A stretch of 64,000 bases of DNA, from IMG/VR virus record IMGVR_UViG_3300027987_000382, positions 32,001-96,000 of that record; one strand, 5' to 3'. Shown piece after piece: positions 47,155 to 56,798 of this stretch. The stretch is from a virus. The notes under the pieces were generated by a model. That model was not told where the DNA came from. It saw nothing but the letters and a program-made list of their open reading frames with translations, and made no database searches. Numbering within the stretch: position 1 is the stretch's first letter; each line of letters opens with the position of its first letter. A program made the translations under genes and the position numbers.

Positions 47155-48116
47155 TCCTGACCAGAACGCCATTTCGCATCACCCTTGGTGGCGGCGGCAC
47201 AGACATACCCTCATATTACCAGCACAACGGTGGGCTGGTATTGTCGATGGCGATCGACAAATACGTCTACATCACCCTCAAGCCAGATGCCTTTGAACAT
47301 CTCTGCAAAGTCCGATACTCGGAAATCGAGATCGTCGACAACCTCTCTGATCTGAAAAACACAAGAGCCAGAGAAGCACTCATAGCTCATGATCTCCTAG
47401 CAGTCGAGATCAATACTTGTGCCGATCTCAACCACAGATCTGGCCTCGGCTCATCCGGCTCTTTCCTGGTCGGCCTATTGAAAGCGATCAGAGAGTACAA
47501 GCAACTTGATAGCTCTCCACACACAATAGCCGACGAAGCTTGCACAATTGAAATCGAAAGACTCAATGAACCGGTCGGCAAACAGGATCAATATATTGCT
47601 GCCTTTGGCGGCGTCAAGATTTTGAAGATCTCCAAAAGTGGTTCCGTCGAAGTAAGTCCGCTCGAGATTGATCATGCTGCTCTAATCCAGAACATGCACA
47701 TCTACTCGTTGGGCGTCTACCGCGATGCGTCCAGTGTTCTGGCAACTCAACAGAAGATGGGCGGCACCACCAAACAAACGCTCGACACGATCATGGAGTT
47801 TGGAGAGAGGACGATCGAACTTCTGTCGTCTTCAGAATTCGACGAATATGGCCGTCTACTTGATGCTTATTGGACCGAAAAGAAAAAGCTTTCCAACAAG
47901 GTGTCGATCCCTATCGTAGACAAGATCTACGAAGAGGTAAAGGGATTCGGTGTCCTTGGTGGCAAAATAATTGGTGCTGGCGGAGGAGGGTTCTTGCTGT
48001 TATATATAAATCGAAGGCACGCTGAACTTGAACAATTCATGGCGAGCCGGGGTCTGCGGAGACTGCGGTACGAAGCAGACTTCACAGGCAGCAAGATCCT
48101 AGGAAATTTCTTATGA
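47151..48116 (+). CDS. GHMP sugar kinase, HddA-like heptose-7-phosphate kinase
   Basis: TPFRITLGGGGTD, SGLGSSG, GKQDQY, GKIIGAGGGG. Confidence 0.85.
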   Translation: MILTRTPFRITLGGGGTDIPSYYQHNGGLVLSMAIDKYVYITLKPDAFEHLCKVRYSEIEIVDNLSDLKNTRAREALIAHDLLAVEINTCADLNHRSGLGSSGSFLVGLLKAIREYKQLDSSPHTIADEACTIEIERLNEPVGKQDQYIAAFGGVKILKISKSGSVEVSPLEIDHAALIQNMHIYSLGVYRDASSVLATQQKMGGTTKQTLDTIMEFGERTIELLSSSEFDEYGRLLDAYWTEKKKLSNKVSIPIVDKIYEEVKGFGVLGGKIIGAGGGGFLLLYINRRHAELEQFMASRGLRRLRYEADFTGSKILGNFL

Positions 48117-48997
48117 AGATTCTCGTGACAGGCGGCCGTGGTTTTATCGGCACCCACTTGGTACGAAGATTGACGCAGCAACACTCCGTGCGAGTCATCG
48201 ACAATCTCTCATCAGCCAGCCTACCAAAGGTGCGAGACGTCGAATATCATTGCTACGACATCCGAAATTTCGATGATATCGAACCCTTGTTCGCCGGTGT
48301 CGACGGCGTCTTTCACCTCGCGGCAGAGGCAAGAATCCAAGCAGCAATCGACGATCCAAGAAACACCGCCGAAATTAATATCCTCGGCACCGTCAACGTT
48401 CTGGAAGCGTGCAGGATCAACAATGTCCCAAGAATTATCAATTCAAGCACCTCGGCGATTTACGGTCTAACCGATCAATTTCCAACTTCTGAAGACGTGA
48501 AACCTGATTGCCTCAACCCGTACGCCTCTAGCAAGCTCGCCGCAGAGGAGATGGTGCGATGTTACTCAAGTCTTTACGGCATCAAGTCTCTCAACCTCAG
48601 ATACTTCAACGTCTTTGGGGAAGAATGTCCCGTCACTGGCCCATACTCGCTCGTCGTCGGTCTGTTCTTACAACAACGTAGCAATGGCGAAAGCTTAACC
48701 ATTGTCGGAACCGGCGAGAGCAGGCGTGATTTCGTCCATGTTGGCGATGTTGTCGACGCCAACATCAGAGCAATGAGCTGCAAACTAGAAAAGAGTGGGG
48801 AGCAGGTCAATATTGGCTCTGGGAGTAATATATCGGTTCTGGACGTAGCAAAAGCGATATCGGACAATATGGTCTTCGTCGAACCACGGCCAGGGGAAGC
48901 CAAAGAGACCTTAGCGGACGTATCACGAGCAAAAGAATGGCTAGGCTGGGAGCCGAAAGTCAACCTTTTGGACTGGCTTCAAAGAAGCAGTCATTGA
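48113..48997 (+). CDS. NAD-dependent epimerase/dehydratase
   Basis: GGRGFIG, HLAA, YASSK, LRYFNVFG, RDFVHV. Confidence 0.9.
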   Translation: MKILVTGGRGFIGTHLVRRLTQQHSVRVIDNLSSASLPKVRDVEYHCYDIRNFDDIEPLFAGVDGVFHLAAEARIQAAIDDPRNTAEINILGTVNVLEACRINNVPRIINSSTSAIYGLTDQFPTSEDVKPDCLNPYASSKLAAEEMVRCYSSLYGIKSLNLRYFNVFGEECPVTGPYSLVVGLFLQQRSNGESLTIVGTGESRRDFVHVGDVVDANIRAMSCKLEKSGEQVNIGSGSNISVLDVAKAISDNMVFVEPRPGEAKETLADVSRAKEWLGWEPKVNLLDWLQRSSH

Positions 48998-49586
48998 TGT
49001 TGGCCATTCCAATAAAGCGATAGCCCTTCTCAGCCATATACTCGATCATCCTCTTCTTGCGGTAATCGAGTGATGAAGTCTCAACTCTGATGAATCTTGG
49101 CGGATTCTTAGCGAAGTCGAGCCCATTCATGGCTTCGTATTCATAGCCTTCCACGTCCAGGGACAAAAGGTCGATACGATCAATACCGTGCTGGTCGATA
49201 ATCGACTGCAGAGTTCTAGCCGGTACGTGAACGACAGTCGGCTTCACCGCTTTCTCCTCAGCGGCCGTCCTCTGATGGACATCGTAATAATCGAGCGGAA
49301 TTGTGATCTGCCCGACAAGACTGTCATCGATCCCTATTTCTGCGAAATTCCCCGGAATTGTTGCTTCGCTATAATCGAAAGCCACTAATGCACAGTGTTC
49401 GAAGATATTCTTGGATGAGCGATTGGCTTGACATTCTGAGAGCCGTTGTTTGTTTGGTTCAATCAGCAATCCATGCCAACCCATCATTTCTAAACGAATA
49501 GTGTTAGATTGGGCGAGGCCGTTATTCGCACCGGCCTCGATGTAGAAACCATTGTTGAAGTCCAGAAATTCATCCATGTAATTCAC
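48960..49586 (-). CDS. FkbM-family methyltransferase
   Basis: YIEAGANNG, GWHGLLIEP, LSLDVEGYE. Confidence 0.85.
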   Translation of the reverse strand: MNYMDEFLDFNNGFYIEAGANNGLAQSNTIRLEMMGWHGLLIEPNKQRLSECQANRSSKNIFEHCALVAFDYSEATIPGNFAEIGIDDSLVGQITIPLDYYDVHQRTAAEEKAVKPTVVHVPARTLQSIIDQHGIDRIDLLSLDVEGYEYEAMNGLDFAKNPPRFIRVETSSLDYRKKRMIEYMAEKGYRFIGMANINDCFFEASPKG

Positions 49587-50136
49587 ACAACCAGTTAACT
49601 ACGAGATGCCACACGATTCCTTGCCACTCCTCCGCGTGAGGCGTAATTCTTTTTTTCTCAACAATAGGAATCAGAACGCATGTGTCGCCATGGAATCTAG
49701 CATAACCACCATCTCGCGAAACGATCGATAGGATTTTGGCTCGTTGCGATTTCGCATAGTCGATCGCCTCAACGATGTTGTGCGATGTTGTCAACGAGCC
49801 ACCGCCGACAGATAGAACGAACAGAGCGTCGCGTTCATTCATCGACGACGTCTTGAGCCATTGCGAAAAGCTCGTGCTCCAACCATCGTCGTTGATCCTC
49901 GCCGTTAATTCAGCCACATTATCTGTGACGGCGTAGCATTCGATACCGGCGATTTTGCGGAAATCATTAACGGCATGAGAACAGTTAGCAGCACTGCCAC
50001 CGACACCAACAAAGAAAATTCTGCCTTTGTTGTTGCGAATTTCAGCGATTGATGTGACGAGATCACTGATCTGAGAGCGGTCTATCTTTTTGGCGATCTC
50101 GATCACCTCAGATAGATATTGGTCAACGTAAGTCAT
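49570..50136 (-). CDS. gmhA: SIS-domain phosphoheptose isomerase (GmhA-like)
   Basis: GVGGSAANCSH, TARINDDG, LSVGG, HAEEWQ. Confidence 0.8.
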   Translation of the reverse strand: MTYVDQYLSEVIEIAKKIDRSQISDLVTSIAEIRNNKGRIFFVGVGGSAANCSHAVNDFRKIAGIECYAVTDNVAELTARINDDGWSTSFSQWLKTSSMNERDALFVLSVGGGSLTTSHNIVEAIDYAKSQRAKILSIVSRDGGYARFHGDTCVLIPIVEKKRITPHAEEWQGIVWHLVVNWLCELHG

Positions 50137-50756
50137 TTTTTCAACATCACATGGAAACTGTCGCCATACCGAACTTTATTCTTGAACGGCAGGTCGGTTA
50201 TTACGGAAAAGTGCTCTGGGAGTAGGACATTGAACCAGACATCCTTCGGATATACCGACTGATGCAGAACATGGCCTTCGACCACGTCTGGGATCGGGGC
50301 GATACTGGCACAAAAGATCGCGTCGTCCGCCATGTGCTTTTTGATATTGTCGAAGAACGGTCGCAAATCGTGCGAGGCGATGTGTTCCACGACCTCCCAG
50401 GAAGTGACCAGATCGAAAAGAATCTGGTTTCCTTCGTCATCAACGATCTGGTATGGCTTGGTGGCGTCACACGTGAAAAGGCAAACGTTGTGGAACTGCG
50501 GCCAATTGGCACGAGCATGTTTCACGCTGTAGTCGCTTCCTTCGATTCCAACGGCCATGTGGCCTCTATTGTTGAAGTCGATGGTCAGTTGCCCGCCAGA
50601 ACACCCAACATCCAACGTCTTGATCTTCCTGCCGCCGAACCATTCCTCGATCTCACGGATGAAACCGGGGTCCGTGGTGTTGTCGCGTTTCGTTCCCCAA
50701 GGGAAGATGTGGTCCGGTGAATCATAAGCTACCGGATGATCTGTAATGACTTTCAT
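50133..50756 (-). CDS. class I SAM methyltransferase
   Basis: LDVGCSGG, WEVVEHI. Confidence 0.8.
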   Translation of the reverse strand: MKVITDHPVAYDSPDHIFPWGTKRDNTTDPGFIREIEEWFGGRKIKTLDVGCSGGQLTIDFNNRGHMAVGIEGSDYSVKHARANWPQFHNVCLFTCDATKPYQIVDDEGNQILFDLVTSWEVVEHIASHDLRPFFDNIKKHMADDAIFCASIAPIPDVVEGHVLHQSVYPKDVWFNVLLPEHFSVITDLPFKNKVRYGDSFHVMLKK

Positions 50757-51424
50757 TGGATCAGGAACCCTACTTGAGAATAATGTTCGTGAATTTGATA
50801 TGAAAGAGGCTTCGCCTTTAATCCGGTTTCAATCAAGAACTCGGCGAAAGCTTTCACCTCATGTTCTCGATCTCTGTTATGAGGATAACCGCACCAATCA
50901 TCAAAGCACATTACCGTGCCAGGTACGATCTTGTCGAAAAAGGCCCCAAGGATCGTCTTACAAGAGCTGTAAAGATCCGAGTCGATGTGCATAAATGCCA
51001 CAAGCTCAGAATGTTCTTTCACGAACTGAGGAAGCGTATCCTCAAACCAGCCCTTGACGAACCTGACATTCTTCGGCCAGTCTTCCCACACTTTGCCGTG
51101 GATCACGTTCTCACCTCGGAAGATTCGTTCTGGAATCTTGCCACCAAGCGAGAACGTTCCCTTCGGATTTGTCGGAGTCCAATCCTCTGGTAGCCCTTCG
51201 AAACTGTCAAATCCGTAAATCGTCTTGTCGGGATTGCAGTTGGCGATCGTCCCCAGTGATTTACCCTGGAAAACCCCGAATTCCATCCACAAGCCGTTCA
51301 ACTTGACGTGCTTGAAGCAGTGGCTGAAATGAGTCCTGTTGCAATCGCCGTGGATATGCGGGAATTTCGGTTCCGATTTCTCCAAATCGGCCAGTAATTC
51401 GTCTATTTTCTCATTGATGTCCAT
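50753..51424 (-). CDS. TylF/MycF-like methyltransferase
   Basis: EFGVFQGKS, GFDSFEGLP, GWFEDTL, HIDSDLYSS, FDD. Confidence 0.8.
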   Translation of the reverse strand: MDINEKIDELLADLEKSEPKFPHIHGDCNRTHFSHCFKHVKLNGLWMEFGVFQGKSLGTIANCNPDKTIYGFDSFEGLPEDWTPTNPKGTFSLGGKIPERIFRGENVIHGKVWEDWPKNVRFVKGWFEDTLPQFVKEHSELVAFMHIDSDLYSSCKTILGAFFDKIVPGTVMCFDDWCGYPHNRDREHEVKAFAEFLIETGLKAKPLSYQIHEHYSQVGFLIQ

Positions 51425-52115
51425 CAAGTATCCTCTGTCGTAATTCTGATGACGAGTAATTGTGCGATCGATCGTGGAAGTAGAGAACCCCGCAGTATTC
51501 CTTGCCTGTGATCTCACCCTGGTTATCAGAGCCAAGGAATCGAATATCCGGCCGGATATCCTTGAGCAGAGTTGTCAAGTCCGCTTCTGTGTCGTACTGA
51601 ACTATCTCGTCAACGTACTTACAACCTTCAAGTTGAATGCGACGCTCTTCAAGCGATTGAATTGGTTGATTTTTACTCGGCCGATCGATAGTTGGATCTG
51701 TCTGCAAGGCCGCTATCACGTGGTCACATCGTTCTTTGGCTTCTTTCAGAATCAAACAGTGACCGGCGTGAAGAAGGTCGAAGCAACTCGCCAAGAAGCC
51801 AACTAATCTGATATTTTGTTCCATCCTCCATGCAGCCGTGCTGATCGCTTTGTCATCAACCAGACGATCGAACGAATGTTTCCCGGTCAAGAAGTAGTGA
51901 TACTTGACGCCCCATTCGTTCAACTGGAAAATGCTCAGTGGTCCGTAATCTATCCCAGACGTTCCGCCACGCGATGTGTGGATCGTGATTTCGTGTCCCT
52001 CATCGTACAGCTGATTCACACGCTGGATCACTTTGAGAAGCGGAACCGCCTCTGAATAGTCCCTAGACGCTGGAGTTAAGCAGAGCGTCTCATCTAGGTC
52101 GAAATAGTATCTCAT
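51411..52115 (-). CDS. HAD phosphatase + cytidylyltransferase-family fusion
   Basis: FDLDETL...VDDKA, then FDLLHAGH...RFLGSD...YSSS. Confidence 0.85.
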   Translation of the reverse strand: MRYYFDLDETLCLTPASRDYSEAVPLLKVIQRVNQLYDEGHEITIHTSRGGTSGIDYGPLSIFQLNEWGVKYHYFLTGKHSFDRLVDDKAISTAAWRMEQNIRLVGFLASCFDLLHAGHCLILKEAKERCDHVIAALQTDPTIDRPSKNQPIQSLEERRIQLEGCKYVDEIVQYDTEADLTTLLKDIRPDIRFLGSDNQGEITGKEYCGVLYFHDRSHNYSSSELRQRILDGHQ

Positions 52116-53179
52116 AGAAGTCCACGAAATCTGCTCGCGACCAAGCTGTATTCGTACACGGATAGGTACCTCTCATAGGTCATTTTGGCCAGTTCAGCAC
52201 GATATCCAGTATCGAAGAATTTGCTCATCTCGGCAGCATATTCACCTACCGAGTCCGTAACAGCACCGATCCCTCGCACCTGCTCCAAATGGCCAAGGTT
52301 AGTCCCATCGCCGTAATGGCTAACGATCGGTTTGCCATGGGCCATTGCTTCAATGAGGCTAGCAGAACAGACCTCACCGTCGCGACGACAATGTGCATAG
52401 ACGTCGATCGATTCAAGGAAGGCGTGAACCGTCTCTACACCGGAGACTGGCAGAAAGATGACGTTCTTGATTCCCTGACTTTGGACGAACTGACGATGTT
52501 GTTGATCGCCACCAAGGATGACATAATAAGTGTTATTGCGTACTATTTGAGAAAAGGCGTTCAAGGAGACGAGCGATGGAACCCCAGGTGCTTGGTGTAA
52601 TCCAAACACAAGAGCGTCGGCCGGAACACCAATTGATTCTCTGAAGCCCGTACCATCGACTCGTGGGATTGGAATTAGAGACGGGATTACCTCGAGCTTT
52701 GACGTATCACCACCATTCGCTTTCCATTGATTCGCTTGCCAATTGCACAAGAGCACCGACTTGCGAATGTTGGGGGCATTGTAGACATGCCACCCATGGA
52801 TCGTGTGAATAATCGGGACTCGCCCCAATTTGGTGTATGGAAATTCTGGCCTTCCGTCACCGGCTGTTACTAACCGATCGTACTTCGACTCATCGAACAG
52901 ATCAAAGAAATTGGTGTCAACCCAACCAGCTCCATCTGCCGCACTTCTGCGTCTACTTAACTGCACCAATTTGGTGTTGATCCCGGCGGATTCGACAAGC
53001 TCTTTCCTGGCAGGACATGTATCTGGATGTTGCCAGTTCGTTCCCTCGATTGGTGTCGCATTGGTGTAAAAGTAATCGACTTCGTGACCGGCTTCTTTGT
53101 ACAATAATGCAAGACTTTGGAGGTACTTTTCAGTGCCACCGGCCGCCAAACCACCGTACTTGCAAAAAGCGATTTTCAT
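52112..53179 (-). CDS. glycosyltransferase family 4
   Basis: GGTEK, GEVCSASLIEAM. Confidence 0.8.
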   Translation of the reverse strand: MKIAFCKYGGLAAGGTEKYLQSLALLYKEAGHEVDYFYTNATPIEGTNWQHPDTCPARKELVESAGINTKLVQLSRRRSAADGAGWVDTNFFDLFDESKYDRLVTAGDGRPEFPYTKLGRVPIIHTIHGWHVYNAPNIRKSVLLCNWQANQWKANGGDTSKLEVIPSLIPIPRVDGTGFRESIGVPADALVFGLHQAPGVPSLVSLNAFSQIVRNNTYYVILGGDQQHRQFVQSQGIKNVIFLPVSGVETVHAFLESIDVYAHCRRDGEVCSASLIEAMAHGKPIVSHYGDGTNLGHLEQVRGIGAVTDSVGEYAAEMSKFFDTGYRAELAKMTYERYLSVYEYSLVASRFRGLL

Positions 53180-53199
53180 ACGCTGGAAAACCTATCTTT

Positions 53200-54738
53200 A
53201 TGGAAACAACAAAAGTATCCGGTCTAACGATCGTCCGTAACGCCATTTCGAACGGCTACATGATCGCCGAAGTTATCGACACTTTGGCGGCAGTGGCAGA
53301 GCATCAGATAGTTGTATGTGACGGCCACTCTGACGACGGCACGTACGAGTATCTACAGACACGAAACGACATCGAATTATTCCAAGACCGGTGGGATCTC
53401 GAATCCGAAAACGGCCTGGAATTCGCCAAGATTACCAACCTTGGATTGAAACGATGCACCGGAGACTATATATTCTATCTTCAAGCCGACGAGCTGATCC
53501 ATGAAGACCAGATCGAACAGCTCAAAGAATTGATCCAATCTGGCAAGTATAACTCTATTTCTTGCAAATTCAACCATATCAGATACGATTTGGAATTTGC
53601 ATTGACAGAAGGCTACCAAAGAGCCGCCAGAGTGATCAAGAACAATGTCGGCATCAGCTCTGCTTACGACGGCTATGATTTCCAGGGCAGCGGTATGCAC
53701 CCACAGTGCATTTCAGGGGTCAACATCTACCACTACGGCTACGTCTTCCTCGAGAACATCATGAGGAAGATGATCAATCACTCCGACAATTTCTACAACA
53801 GAGCACCGAATTACGCGAACAGGAAACGCCTCGCCCAAGATTTCCTGAAGAGGATAGAGGCAGGTGAGGTTCTAAACGCTCTCGACCTACAGAAGACTCT
53901 GGAACCAGAGTACACGATACAAAAGCATGGTTTGCCGCTACCAGCCTGCATGGAAAGGTTACGGATCACAACAATCACCTACAGCACTGTTACCAAGTAT
54001 ACCTTACCACCGATTCCAGAGCCACCGGAGCCTAAAGAGCCAGAAGGTCCCGTGCGTACCATCGAGGATCTCGCCGTACATATCCCATTCTGGGATATCG
54101 CTGGTATCAAATTCACACGATCACACAGAGGCAACGCGTGGGTGAATCATAGGCTAAAAATAGCGTGCCTCGGGATACCAAAATGTGCTAGCACATCGTT
54201 GAGAAATCAGTTCAAAATGTCGGAACTGATGTTGGTTGAAGATATCCCAGACGATTATTTTCTATTCAGTGTGATAAGAAACCCGATCGGCAGAATTATC
54301 TCTGCATACATCGAGGTAGTCGAGAAGTGCCGGGCTTATCCAAATGGCAGATATAACACAGATCTTGAACTTTCTGAGGATCAAGTCTCGTTACTCGATG
54401 ATTTGATGGCTGACTACGACGATTGTGGCCGTTTCTCAGTCTATCTCAGCAAAATCCAAGATGAACTTGGTTTCTTCGAGCTTCACTGCGTTCCGCAGAT
54501 CATCTATCTCACGAACGAAAACAATCAGTTAATACCACGCATAGAGATCTTCAGGATCGATCGGCTCGAAGCCTTAGAGAAACGGCTCGGCACCAAAATC
54601 CAAAAAGAGAACCAGTCAGAGAACCCTGGTCTGAAGAATAAACTGGGGCACTTCGTGATGGCAAATTCCACTATCAGAAAACAGATCGCCCAGCTTTACA
54701 ACTACGACGCAAGAATCTGGGAAGAGTACGGCTTGTAA
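53200..54738 (+). CDS. GT2 + sulfotransferase fusion
   Basis: DGHSDDGT, QADE, HYGY; Pro-rich linker; IPKCASTS, RNPIGRIISAY, HCVPQ. Confidence 0.8.
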   Translation: METTKVSGLTIVRNAISNGYMIAEVIDTLAAVAEHQIVVCDGHSDDGTYEYLQTRNDIELFQDRWDLESENGLEFAKITNLGLKRCTGDYIFYLQADELIHEDQIEQLKELIQSGKYNSISCKFNHIRYDLEFALTEGYQRAARVIKNNVGISSAYDGYDFQGSGMHPQCISGVNIYHYGYVFLENIMRKMINHSDNFYNRAPNYANRKRLAQDFLKRIEAGEVLNALDLQKTLEPEYTIQKHGLPLPACMERLRITTITYSTVTKYTLPPIPEPPEPKEPEGPVRTIEDLAVHIPFWDIAGIKFTRSHRGNAWVNHRLKIACLGIPKCASTSLRNQFKMSELMLVEDIPDDYFLFSVIRNPIGRIISAYIEVVEKCRAYPNGRYNTDLELSEDQVSLLDDLMADYDDCGRFSVYLSKIQDELGFFELHCVPQIIYLTNENNQLIPRIEIFRIDRLEALEKRLGTKIQKENQSENPGLKNKLGHFVMANSTIRKQIAQLYNYDARIWEEYGL

Positions 54739-55656
54739 TTACGCGTCAATTACGTTTAAGACTCGCTCTGGGGCGAACTCGTCCAAGACGGTCCTTTTCA
54801 GGGGTGGCTCACTGACCATTGACAAATATTCGCTATCGTTGGTCAGGATTTTCTTAACTCGCTTGATTACGGCTGGCCAATCATCTCGGCCGCCAACTGG
54901 AATGAAGTTCCGTTCGTTGAAGTATTCAAATATCTTGTCCGCTCCCCAATAGATTGGCACACATCTGGTGCAAACCCCATGAAGTGCCTTCTCTGTAAGG
55001 TATCCGGGATGCTTGCTGTTTTCAAAAGCGATGATTGATCGGTATCGATTGATGAAGTCGATCTTTTGTTTCTGATCCCCACGTCCACCAATTTCTGGGC
55101 AATTATTCAGAACCGGCCCAGCACAGTCTACTTTGAGGTGTTTCTGCATTTCTCTGCAGAATTGATTCCTCTCTGTTGCGGTTGGGTTCTTTGCTAAGAA
55201 GCAACAACCGTCCGTCTTTTGGCGAAGAAGAACATTACTATCTGTGATCGGCTCGAACAGGCTGTCCATACTCGCCAGGAACGCCATGTCGCGGTTGTGA
55301 TCGTACGGAACATTGAACCAGTTCATGAACAGCACGAATAGAGGCAGGTAGGTGTTCCTTCCCTCGGTCTTGTCGAATGTCAAAGTGACGTCGTAATCAA
55401 GCTTTATATCGGTCCAGTGCCCATTATGCACAGACCAAAGTCCTCTGTTTTCACCGCTGAAAAACACCTTCTTGCAGCGGTGCTTTTCGTACCGAAGCTT
55501 ATCCATGCTGTAGCACGACATGAAGACGATGTCAGGGTCTGACTCGTCGATGAGTACGTCGTACTTCTGCGAGAGGAGATGGAAGAAATAATTGTCTCGT
55601 TTTGGTAGGGCTGGCCAGAAATCAACGAAGTCGATTTTTATCGTTGGTGACTGCAT
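54739..55656 (-). CDS. GT10 alpha-1,3-fucosyltransferase-like
   Basis: FSGEN, IAFENS...GYLTEK, PIYWG. Confidence 0.85.
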   Translation of the reverse strand: MQSPTIKIDFVDFWPALPKRDNYFFHLLSQKYDVLIDESDPDIVFMSCYSMDKLRYEKHRCKKVFFSGENRGLWSVHNGHWTDIKLDYDVTLTFDKTEGRNTYLPLFVLFMNWFNVPYDHNRDMAFLASMDSLFEPITDSNVLLRQKTDGCCFLAKNPTATERNQFCREMQKHLKVDCAGPVLNNCPEIGGRGDQKQKIDFINRYRSIIAFENSKHPGYLTEKALHGVCTRCVPIYWGADKIFEYFNERNFIPVGGRDDWPAVIKRVKKILTNDSEYLSMVSEPPLKRTVLDEFAPERVLNVIDA

Positions 55657-56267
55657 TGGTAAGTTCCGTTTTCTGATCCTTGGACAACGATCCCCGGCTC
55701 GTACCAGTACACGTTGAGGTTATGCTTCAGAAATCGATAATTCAGATCCCAGTCAATTGCGGCATAGACTCTGTCGCTAACGAGATCGTCGTAGACTGTT
55801 TTAGCTGCTCGGTGATGGATGAGCATGCTGTCTGCACATTTCGATTTCAGTCTCCCGGTGTGTTTGACAAATCCTTTGCCAGGTATCGTTAGGTTTAAAC
55901 CAGTGCCAAAGAAGCACCAATCCAGATCGCCAGGCATTGTAGCACATTCGCGGACAAATTCGTCAAATTTCTTCGGGTCGAAGATGGCATCGTCTTCGAG
56001 TATGATTGCTGGCTCGCCACCGCGTGCGATCTTTCCGAACGCTCGGAAATGTTTGTGGTAAACCGATCTTTCCAGTTTGGTGGTTGCATGCATCGGCCAC
56101 CCATCAGGAAGCGTCGCCTTGTTTTCCTCAGGTGTGGAGAATTTTACTGCACTTGTTTCAGAGGTGATTAGTTCGATGTCTTCGACAGTCTCACAGGCGA
56201 GCAATCGCTCAAACATCGGAGAAATCCTCTCCTTCAGTGCTTTGTAGTGGAGCAGATAAACTTTCAT
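55638..56267 (-). CDS. GT25-like glycosyltransferase
   Basis: YHKH, IILEDD, AIDW, QGS. Confidence 0.7.
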   Translation of the reverse strand: MKVYLLHYKALKERISPMFERLLACETVEDIELITSETSAVKFSTPEENKATLPDGWPMHATTKLERSVYHKHFRAFGKIARGGEPAIILEDDAIFDPKKFDEFVRECATMPGDLDWCFFGTGLNLTIPGKGFVKHTGRLKSKCADSMLIHHRAAKTVYDDLVSDRVYAAIDWDLNYRFLKHNLNVYWYEPGIVVQGSENGTYQCSHQR

Positions 56268-56315
56268 CTGAATCCTCACGGTACATACGACAACCTTTAA
56301 TAATTACGGTGACCA

Positions 56316-56753
56316 ATGGCGAAACGACGCAAGCAACCAACATTTTTCGTGCTCGAAGGAACAATCCTTTGCTATGAGGACGGAAGTATGTTGGAGTTGC
56401 ACGGACAAGTCCAACCAGCTGAATGGGAACAGATTGTCGAGGAGACAGTCAAGTATCTGGTCTTTGTCGAATGCCTCAAATCTACTGGCATTCCGCTCCT
56501 GGAAGAACGTTGGACCGAAGACGACGACTACTTTAGGATTCAACTCGAAGTTGCCGTATCTAGGATGAGGAATATCGATCCTCTCCTGGTGGCAAAATTC
56601 AAGCAGGACGAAATCGCCGAAGAGTACAAGAAGCAAATGAAAAGTGGGGCCATCGAAGTTAAAGAGGTGGTCACCCAAGTCCGGGAAGCCAACAAGCAGG
56701 CAATCCTGGATCGTTTCGGCGATGGTAATGCTACGCAGGTGTCGGATCTTTAG
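56316..56753 (+). CDS. hypothetical protein
   Basis: 145-aa ORF. Confidence 0.6.
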   Translation: MAKRRKQPTFFVLEGTILCYEDGSMLELHGQVQPAEWEQIVEETVKYLVFVECLKSTGIPLLEERWTEDDDYFRIQLEVAVSRMRNIDPLLVAKFKQDEIAEEYKKQMKSGAIEVKEVVTQVREANKQAILDRFGDGNATQVSDL

Positions 56754-56798
56754 CCTCGAATCTACACAAATCTACTGTAGATTCTTGAGAGCGAGGAT

